The notes below the pieces were generated by a model. It worked only from the letters and a program-made list of their open reading frames with translations, searched no databases and was not told where the DNA came from. Of a stretch of 64,000 nt of DNA, positions 55,664-64,000 are shown in pieces. The stretch's first letter is position 1. Every line of letters begins with the position of its first letter. Both the position numbers and the translations under genes were made by a program. This DNA comes from Tricharina praecox (Eukaryota): contig NW_026250408.1 in assembly GCF_024521635.1 (NCBI RefSeq), positions 1,240,001-1,304,000 of the forward strand, read 5' to 3'.

Positions 55664-58489
55664 ATGTCACTGCCAATCTTTAACTCTGCCCTCGGCCGGG
55701 CCCTTTCCCGTCATCCTTTGAGCTTTCAGGCACTCAATTGGGTTCTCACCGGCACTCCCGGACAACCAGCATCATGTGGAGCCCGGAAATCCTCTACTAC
55801 CACCACCTGCGAGGCGACAATCCCGGACAAAACCCCCGCCGTGTCCGAAACAGTACCGCTCGAAGACCTCGGAGGATCGATACGAAACGGAGAGAATGAT
55901 GATGCAACCGATGGATCCGACATGCAGCTGATGAACGATGGTCCACGAGTGCGGAGGTACTTTTTCAATCCGGCTGCCCGCCTCAACCCTCTACTGCGCG
56001 CAACGGGCGTCGAAATCCGGCAGTTCGTACCGGGAAAACGGAACACCTCCCATATCGATCCTCTCGCGGGCAGCAAGCTGTCGCGGCGTCGTCGTGTCGC
56101 CCCCAAGGATGGGCGGTACAGTCGCTACTCGCTGAAGGAGATTACGACAGTGTTTATCCACCATTGTGTTGAAAATGGTGGTTTCTCGGCGGTCCCATTG
56201 GAGGCCGCGGAGGACAGGAACCAGCAGGTCGTCAAGAAGTCGTTTACGCCGGAAATCAGTGAATACCTGCGTGAGAATGGGTGTGACGAGACGGATGTGT
56301 TGGTCTGGGCGTGGATATTGACAGCAAAGGATTCAAGGAAGGCGGGGTTACGGTTGGAGGCTCTAAACAAATCTGCCGAGCGGGCTGGGGTTGCGCGGCC
56401 AATCATCCCACCGTTCCTGGTGCTGGCCCTGCTACGACGGGAACAATTGCCCAGGTCGACGCTGCACGCGCTTTTCCCGATCGTCGAGAAGCTGCTTACT
56501 CCTTGCGACGGAGTACATTTTCGCGACCACAAGTCGGTGATTTTGCTTGCAATCCGGCTGTTGCGACAGTGTCGTGATTCGTGGCCGGAGGCATTGCCGC
56601 GAGCTGTCGACCTGATCGTGGAGAATTTCCGGCGACCCGGATGGGCACACGAAGCACTTCCCGCATGGGTAACCCGCGCATTCAACCGTTTGTTGGTGTT
56701 GCTGTCGCTTCCGACCTCAATTGGTCCCTACCGCAACGTCCCGCTACTGCAGAAGTGTCAGTTCGCCCTGATCCAGAAGATGGCAACCATGGAGGCACCG
56801 ATGACGAGGGAGGGGTATCGCGCAATCATAACGGTGCAAGTCGCGCACCGCAAGACGGCGGAGGAGTCGGAAAAGACGAGGAATATGGGGAAGGGCTGGC
56901 CGCCGTGGTTTGAGGAGAGGGATGGGTGGGTGGAGGCGCATAGGAAGGCGTACGAGGATGTTGTTTCTCGCGGTGGTCTGGTTATCCAGCAGATGATGGA
57001 GGCGGGGTATAAACTGGCCGACTGGGAGAAGGAGGCCGAAGTCTTGACTGGAAAGGATACCGATAAATCACCGACGATCCAGACTAGGAGCTTTTGGAGG
57101 AGGCGGATCCTCAACATCGATGAGAGTGTGGACGATAGTCGTCGCGTGTGGGCTGCGCGCGTGCGTGCTACCAGGACACTGGATGAGGCGTGGTGGAACT
57201 TTCAACAATGCCGCGAGCAGGGCGTTCCTCACCTCACTGTCTGGGAGGAGATGTTTGAGAAGCTTCTGTGGGATGATAAGCTCCAGAAGGAAACGCACAG
57301 GGAGGGCTTGGTCAGAAAGGAAATCAACGAAAGGGGACATTTGACGAGCTACGATTTCTGGCTTCGTGGTGTGACGGAAAGAAAGAGTAGGGCCGTTCCT
57401 GGAGATGGTAAGGAGCTTATCCATCCGCCGCTGAATCCACGAGACGGTGTCTATAATGGCGAGCCACCGCTCGACGTCGAAGGACTTTTCGACCAGATGA
57501 TCCGCGACGGCATCAGGCCGGGAATCCGATTGACCACCCTCCTGGTCGGTAAAGTCCACCGCTCAAGCTTCGCCATGACAGTCTTGAAGCATTGGGATGA
57601 GGAACTAGCAAACCAACTCATCAAGCCGATGTACTCGTTGCACAACTCCACTTCCCAAAAACCAATGAATACGAAAGTCCTAACCGCCTTTCTGCAACAA
57701 CTTTCCAACGCCCGCGCCATCTACCCCGCGCTACGTCTCGTCCGTCACCACCGCCCCAAGTACCGACCCGCCTGGAACACGGTAATCGCGGGCTTCGTCA
57801 ACACCCTCTCCCCGAACATTCCCCCCGCTTTCCAAATCCACGACCTCCGCGCGCAAACCACGCGCACAGTCTGGTCACTCTACAAGGAAATGCGTCTGCT
57901 CGTTGACATCGACAGCGAAACCCTGCGCCTTCTCGCCGTTGCCGCGGAGCGATGGAGCACACTTGCCCTCGGTGATGAAGCACTTTGGGACGGTGTTCCT
58001 CCGCCCGACCGCCTCATTGGGATCTTCAATCACGAGCTCGGCCTCGAAATCTCCGAGGACACAACGCCAATGATCAACCCCGAACAAGCTGCACTGCACG
58101 TGTTCGTCCGCGCCCTCGGCTTCGCACGGCGGTACGACGCGCTCGAACAGGTTGTTCACTACCTCGACCGGCGGGAACTGAAACTCGATAATGCGCTCGG
58201 GCGGCGGGTGTTAGTCGCCATCAAAGTGTTCTTGGAGGGCGCTGGCTATGGTACGCCGGAGGCGGATTGGAGGGTTAGTCAGGATGGATGGGACAGGATC
58301 GATAGGCTGGAGGAGGTTGTAAATAGGAGGTGGGGTGGCTGGCCGGGTGAGAGTGAGTGTGCGGTTTACCTCATCACGGCGGGGCTTGTGAGGGGATGGC
58401 GGGTGGAGCCGCCGCCGGTGGAAGAGGAGGTGCCGCCTTCGGTAGAAGAGGAGACGGCGATGGTGGACGAGTTGGTGAGGGAGTTGTAG
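55664..58489 (+). CDS. Probable mitochondrial PPR-like alpha-solenoid protein, 941 aa
   Basis: Single long ORF with presequence-like N-terminus. PPR-like helical units (LFDQMIRDGIRPG, AWNTVIAGF, WSLYKEMR) and motifs DTDKSPTIQT and WAARVRATRTLDEAW. Confidence 0.65.
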   Translation: MSLPIFNSALGRALSRHPLSFQALNWVLTGTPGQPASCGARKSSTTTTCEATIPDKTPAVSETVPLEDLGGSIRNGENDDATDGSDMQLMNDGPRVRRYFFNPAARLNPLLRATGVEIRQFVPGKRNTSHIDPLAGSKLSRRRRVAPKDGRYSRYSLKEITTVFIHHCVENGGFSAVPLEAAEDRNQQVVKKSFTPEISEYLRENGCDETDVLVWAWILTAKDSRKAGLRLEALNKSAERAGVARPIIPPFLVLALLRREQLPRSTLHALFPIVEKLLTPCDGVHFRDHKSVILLAIRLLRQCRDSWPEALPRAVDLIVENFRRPGWAHEALPAWVTRAFNRLLVLLSLPTSIGPYRNVPLLQKCQFALIQKMATMEAPMTREGYRAIITVQVAHRKTAEESEKTRNMGKGWPPWFEERDGWVEAHRKAYEDVVSRGGLVIQQMMEAGYKLADWEKEAEVLTGKDTDKSPTIQTRSFWRRRILNIDESVDDSRRVWAARVRATRTLDEAWWNFQQCREQGVPHLTVWEEMFEKLLWDDKLQKETHREGLVRKEINERGHLTSYDFWLRGVTERKSRAVPGDGKELIHPPLNPRDGVYNGEPPLDVEGLFDQMIRDGIRPGIRLTTLLVGKVHRSSFAMTVLKHWDEELANQLIKPMYSLHNSTSQKPMNTKVLTAFLQQLSNARAIYPALRLVRHHRPKYRPAWNTVIAGFVNTLSPNIPPAFQIHDLRAQTTRTVWSLYKEMRLLVDIDSETLRLLAVAAERWSTLALGDEALWDGVPPPDRLIGIFNHELGLEISEDTTPMINPEQAALHVFVRALGFARRYDALEQVVHYLDRRELKLDNALGRRVLVAIKVFLEGAGYGTPEADWRVSQDGWDRIDRLEEVVNRRWGGWPGESECAVYLITAGLVRGWRVEPPPVEEEVPPSVEEETAMVDELVREL

Positions 58490-59069
58490 ACAGACGGGGC
58501 ACGATATGTGACGGTTTAGATGATGAGACGGCTTAGATGTATATACCTGACCTGACGATATAAAGCAATGTAAATTACGGTTATCATGTCCATTTGTAAC
58601 GCTATGCAATGTTGATTTATAACGTCTGTTGTTTTTCACCGGTGAGTGACAACTTATGCTGAAGATTCCGACATGTTTGAGGTTGCAACCGGCAACTACC
58701 GTAATGAGAAACGGCGTCCGTTGATGTCACCTAGAGCCTTTCTAGACCATGGGGAACCGCAACTACCATACTCACTGCTGTCACATCATCTTCCCTTCGA
58801 GGCGAGTGCATTCTGATGCTGAACAATTCCGGGAAGTTCGGTGTTCACGTCTAACAACCTCCATACTCACCACAGCCATCCGTCTCTCCCCGTGCCCCAT
58901 CATAGTAACATCTGCATCGATAGTAGTGTTAAGGTCCCATTCACAATTTAAACTCCTAACACCGTCTTTGGTACGATCATTAACAGGCACGACGCTCGCC
59001 AGCCCCAAAGCTCACTCCCCCGCCGCTATCCAACTGCGATGCCGGGTTTTTCACAAGGTCAGTTGTATG

Positions 59070-59535
59070 CAGTGTTCGACATAGTCCAGTCCGTCCGTCC
59101 TGAGCCTCGGACTTGACTGGACTGCATCTTCGCAGTTCGTCCGGGAGTGGTGCATTACTATCACGATTGTAGTGGTTAAGGAACTTAAGAGTGTAGGATG
59201 CGCATGAGTTGAAGATGACGCCGCCACCTTGCAGATACTGATTCCTGAACGAAGATTGTGGCGCAGTTTTGCTGGTACTGGACGAAGATGGTGTCGCCGC
59301 TCGGGGTGTTGCTGGTATGGACTGGATGAAATTCAACACACGCTAGCGGGAAATACTGTCATATTTGGTGGGGTATGTGCTGAAAAGAGTGGCACTTTTT
59401 CTCAGTACCGGACTGCAGTCCAAGCCCGTCCAGCAAATTGGCAAACGGGACAGACTACTTTTATCCCACCCTCGAAAAGACTCGGGCGGGACTGGTTATT
59501 GGTAGTCCGTCCAGTCCGCAGTATGGAGAACACTG
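59070..59535. mobile_element. Non-autonomous hAT-type DNA transposon, 466 bp
   Basis: TIRs CAGTGTTCGACATA / TATGGAGAACACTG, exact 8-bp TSD GTTGTATG (59062-59069, 59536-59543), subterminal GTCC/GGAC repeats. Confidence 0.9.
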
Positions 59536-60158
59536 GTTGTATGGGGACTCGGCCAATTTGAAAATCGGGTCGGCGCACGGGGCCCACCGTGGAATTTATC
59601 GGAATTTGGGCATAAGAAGATGGTCGCATATACATTTCTGCAACAAGGGTCAAAAAACTCTCGGGAGAGGACGTCGAGGACTTGTGGATTGATGGGCGAT
59701 GCGGGGAGGGTACGTACTATGTAGTTATCGCCCAGCTCCAGATTCACTCGGATATAGATACAGACGAATGTACCACCAGCATCCAGGAAGGATGTGCTCG
59801 CACGTGGTGGGAGGGCACACCCGGTGGTGGTATGTATGTGCCCGTGCACCGCTCAAGTCACGCTCGCCTGGTGCTCCGTACGGAAGTGGTGTTGGTGTTC
59901 GTGGTTGGAGATGGGGTGAGATGAGGGTTGCATTTGGCGAATGCCCGTGGCCCTCCGGATCAAGGACATGAAGTAACTACCCGGATGCTCTAGTTTCAAT
60001 GCAGCGAATACTGTCTTTTGATCAGCTGCTATGACAGAAAGAAACAAATCGAAGTTGGTGGTTGATGGTTGGTGCTACGGCAGACGAGGACTGGCTGGCT
60101 GGATGGATGGTTAAGTAACGGCGATGTGATAATTACAAGACCGCGAGCCAGGACATAG

Positions 60159-60429
60159 CAGTGTTCTCCATAGCTCAGTCCAGTCCGTCCGGACCCATAG
60201 ACGGGACTAGACTACATACAGTCCCTCCGAAGGTGTCTGTCGGACGGACTAGTCCACCGGTAAGGTCGGACGGGACGGACTGCAGTCGAATGCAGTCCAA
60301 CGCCGTCCAGTAAATTTGTCGACGGGACGGACTACATTTATCCTATCCTCAAAAAGGTACGGATGGGACTGGATATTGGCAGTCCGTTCCGTCTGGACTG
60401 CAGTCTGGACCGGACCATGGAGAACACTG
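60159..60429. mobile_element. hAT-type MITE of the same family, 271 bp
   Basis: Perfect 13-bp TIR CAGTGTTCTCCAT, degenerate 8-bp TSD GGACATAG/GTACATTG (6 of 8), dense CAGTCC/GGACTG/GGACGG repeats. Confidence 0.85.
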
Positions 60430-61305
60430 GTACATTGGAGGCATATTCTACTCTCGACCTTCTCGGCCACCTTTACATCACGTCACATCATTTCTCGTCA
60501 CTCTTCGATGCTTCTATTTCCTTTCTAATCTTTGCGATTATTGAATGTCCCCGTTTCATCCAAAGCAACACAGTCGCCTGCGACGCAGGTGCCGTTCATA
60601 CAAGCATTTGTGTTGAAAGGGCTGGTGGAGGTGATCACTGGAACGATTCAGATGGAGAGGAATTGTATGTTCGTGTCTAAGAGCTACATGTACAAGAGCG
60701 AGAGAGAGAGAGAGAGAGAAAGAGGGAACATGGAACCGCTACCGCACCCAACGTTCCAAGCACCCACCACCGGTCCTCCGAACAGCTAGTGGATTGTTCA
60801 CAGCAACATACTCATTCCTACAATTTCCACAGCTACAAGGAGGCGCATCATCGAGAAGCCGCATCCGCCACAGAAGTTTTACCTATCGCAGGAGATTTCA
60901 ATTCAATGCATCTGGATTGTCGCGGAATGCGTTGCACATTGGTTTTGGACAGATACGCACGGTGATAATTGCGTTATTGCTAGTAAATGTGTGGGTTCTA
61001 TACTAGCAGCACCACCTTAGGCGTCCGAATCATATTTGGTCTCCGAAGCGCTGTGATAACTTGGGCTCCGTTCGGTGCCGTACGTGATGAATATTATACC
61101 ACCCATATTTCAGTGTACGTCACATAAAAAAGGTGCTGGGCGTTCTGCACAACGGCTTTGAGATAATATGATCAATGTAATTCAGCCACAACGTATTTCT
61201 CACCTATGGCGGGCTGATTTACGACCTGATTGGGTGCAGGGTGCGGACACGCACCCTGGACCTTATTGGGTCCTAATCAGCAAGGGTACGCCCTGCTGAC
61301 ATTTT

Positions 61306-61711
61306 TGTAACTGCACGGTTGGGCTGAGGTCCAGGTAGTGAAGACGGGTAGACGGGTGGACAGAAAACCGGGTTGGGCAAGGGTAAGATGAGCCGGGCAG
61401 ACGAGGCAAGACGGGACTCAGTGCACACAGTAACTGAGAAACAAGGCTGGAGACAGGAACTATGGCGCAGATGGCAGCCAAGTCGAGGACAGAGGTGACA
61501 GTTGTTGAATTAAAAAGTTGTTGTGTGAAGAGCTAAGTATAGAGGGGGGACAGCCCATTTATATAGGACATCCTCCTCTACTTCCCATAACACAACAATG
61601 ACGGTAGAGATGTGTTTGACCTTGAGAAATCCACCTTGCCAGTACACAGGTTCCCTGACTAATATCCTGCGCAGCCGCACTACCCTGTAACTCCTTCTGC
61701 ACTGCCCATGC
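61306..61711 (-). mobile_element. Diverged, truncated LTR (family C), inverted
   Basis: The reverse complement aligns to LTR-C (GGGTAGTGCGGCTGCGCAGG, GTACTGGCAAGGTGGATTTCTCA, TATAAA, ...GTTACA end). Confidence 0.8.
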
Positions 61712-61822
61712 TGTAATAAAGTACACTGAGAAAGTACTATACCACTCGACCAACAGGTATTTTGATGGCTGAATGCCATCATCCCAGTAGCTGCTTAAGG
61801 CCAGGATTTCTATTACTGTGAA
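61712..61822. mobile_element. Mini solo-LTR-like element, copy 3 (diverged, no TSD)
   Basis: Aligns over its full length to 4280-4390. The right end is degraded and the flanks come from two different elements. Confidence 0.88.
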
Positions 61823-61990
61823 ATTTTCAGAAAAACTGGCCAACGTCCGTCCGCATCGATGCCCATTAGTACTTCCGGACAAGGAGGTTCGGGGTTCTCG
61901 CTCGCCGGGGTGTCCCACCGTGGGTGGGCCGCGGTGATCATCGATCAGTTGCGGTTGGAGCCGTCCATACTCTGAGACATAGAGGTAGTT
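61823..61990 (-). pseudogene. Decayed Gypsy integrase Zn-finger fragment
   Basis: Collinear with about 375-540; translates LYVSEYGRLQPQLIDDHRGPPTVGHPG. Confidence 0.75.
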
Positions 61991-62147
61991 TGTGACACCC
62001 CGATAGGTATCGGAGGCCACCATGGTCGCAAGAGATGTGATTAGATAGTCTGGGTGATTAGAATAGAGTTGCAAGCCGAAGGAATAGTGAGAAGCGATCA
62101 AGGAGAAGTTGGAAAGGAGAAAAGCAAACCGATTCCAGAGTCTAGAC
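61991..62147 (+). mobile_element. 5' part of an LTR-A, interrupted by LTR-C
   Basis: Matches 3710-3865 starting from TGTGACACCCCGATAGG. Confidence 0.85.
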
Positions 62148-62656
62148 TGTCACGGCTCGCGACGGAACGTTCGAGGAAGAGTCGGAACAGGGTCCGGAAG
62201 GCGGCGCGGGGGCAGTGCAAGGGGCTGCGTGGGCGGCAATGCAGGAATGAGTCGGAGGAATTGGAGCTGTGTGCAGGAAGCAGGGGTAGTGCGGCTGCGC
62301 AGGGTATGAGTCACGGAAGCGGGGTACTGGCAAGGTGGATTTCTCAGGGTCTGGCACACACCCACGGTCATTGTCAGGTTGCGGGAAGAAGTGGAGAATT
62401 TTCCATATAAACGGGCCGTTGCCCCTCTGTATTTAGTTCTTCACGCAACAACTTGTTAATTCAATCACTGTTACCTCTGTCCTTGCCTCGGCTGCCGTCT
62501 GCGCCGTAGTCCTTGTCCCTTTCTCTGTTCTCAGTGCCGTCTGCACTGAGCCCTGCCTCACTTTGTCCTCTGAACCCGCCTTGCCTCTGCCAAACCTGGA
62601 ACCCGATCCCCAGCCCGACTTCGCTACCTGGAGCCTTGCCCGACCGTGCCGTTACA
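62148..62656 (+). mobile_element. 5' LTR (family C), 509 bp
   Basis: TGTCACGGC...GCCGTTACA termini and TATAAA at 62406. The gag ATG follows at 62696. Confidence 0.88.
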
Positions 62657-62695
62657 CTTTGTTGCGCCGCTCATCTCTCCACCTAGCGAAGAACC

Positions 62696-63518
62696 ATGGC
62701 CACCAATACTTCAGCCTCAGGCCCTCCCCAGCAGGAGGAAGTACTGGTGGCACCCCCCTACTATCGAGAAATTCCCGCCACCGTCTACGAACAACTCGAG
62801 ATCATCGTCAACCACAACTCACCCGTCGACAATGCGACACTGTTGGGGTTGTATAACCAGTTCCAAATCATAGCCCGTGCAATCACCCAATCCCCCACAG
62901 CAGCACCCACCTGGCGAGTAGACGTCCTCGAAGAAAACCTTCCCAAACTCCCGTCGTATCACCAACCGTCTCGCCACCCTAGAAAGCCAACCACAGGGCC
63001 ACGCCGAGCGCGTCCCGGAGCCAGGCATGTTCGATGGCACTCGAGAGAAGCTCGAAGCGTTCCTTGCCCAGCTTCGACTCAAACTGTACAGCGACCCGAC
63101 CAGTTTCCCGTCCCCAGCACTCAGAAAGGTCTACACCTTCAATCGTCTGGAAGGCCGTGCCCAAGCCCAGATACTGCCGTACATCCAGAACAACGTGATC
63201 AGCTTGACCGCCGCCGATTCCATGGTCACCATCCTCGAAAACACCTTCGGCGATCCTGACCCAGCTGCCACTGCATGCGCCAAACTCCACCGCCTCAAGC
63301 AAGGGAACAAGGACTTTACGTCTTACTTTGCGGAGTTTCAAAGGCTCGTGTCCAAGCTGAACTGGGACGAGCATGCCAAACTCGATGCACTACGCGAAGG
63401 ATTTTCCATTGAGCTCCACTGACAACTGGTGGGCCGCACTCAGGGACTCACCTACAATCAGTTCGTGGCTCTGTGCCAGAACCTCGATTCAGAGCTACGG
63501 GCCCTCCAACTCCGTGAA
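62696..63518 (+). pseudogene. Ty3/Gypsy gag, frameshifted, with a premature stop and truncated by LTR-B
   Basis: PEPGMFDGTREKLEAFLAQL, LEGRA, FGDPD and LKQGNKDFTSYFAEFQRL. After TGA at 63420-63422 the frame stays gag-like (QLVGR...CQNLDSELR). Confidence 0.9.
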
Positions 63519-64000
63519 TGTGAGATTGGAACGATTACGATTGTCGGAGTCAATTGATAGAATAAAATAAAGATGAAAATAGATAGTATTCTTTCTTTCA
63601 CAAACGGAATAATCTTAAGGGGTAGTGTCGATGGTTTTCTGGTTGCTGATTCTGATGATGAATCTTTCGCCGTGTCGTCGGAAGTCTATATAGTCGGGTG
63701 ATTTGGTCGAGTCACGTACCAGCCGTTGCCGTAGCTTGTTGCCGGATGGAAACCCTGGCGTGAAATCGCTGCACTTGTTGCGGAGACTTTCTCCGCCATG
63801 TCATCAGAGTCGTCGTAAGCCTACACGATAGTTTATACAAACTAGGCAGGTATGGCGCACCAATCCTTACCCGAGTATAGTCCGGTTTCAGCTATCTCTT
63901 CGCTGGGCAACGGCTGCGCCTTTCAGCACGGCTCTTATTTGCTTAAGACGCGAGAAGAGGGGCAACACTCGTCATAGTGGTTTGTCTCCGATCAGAGTTT
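63519..64000 (-). mobile_element. LTR (family B), inverted, running off the window
   Basis: Closely similar reverse complement of about 3212-3691. Confidence 0.92.

Overview
Eukaryotic fungal DNA: short GT-AG introns with CTRAC branch points and Pezizomycotina-type genes. A Pezizomycetes origin is plausible but is only an inference. A gene block of about 48 kb (10.3-58.5 kb) holds PHO84, APC1/bimE, an FHA protein of the SNIP1/Pml1 type, an uncharacterised PB1-UBA protein, ApsB/Mto1, an Rsc58/BRD7-like protein, a multi-exon membrane protein, SCOT/OXCT1, two orphan ORFs and a PPR-like protein. Both ends of the window are nests of decayed Ty3/Gypsy elements built from the same LTR families (called A, B, C here) plus a ~110-bp mini-LTR with 5-bp TSDs. 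Two non-autonomous hAT-type elements lie at 59-60.4 kb and a 208-bp poly-C tract at 36.4 kb. The most interesting items are the PB1-UBA protein (p62/NBR1-like architecture), the structured mini-LTR family, a tRNA-independent self-priming signature in LTR-C, and conserved hairpins in LTR-A/B. All gene models were spliced by eye and no database searches were run.
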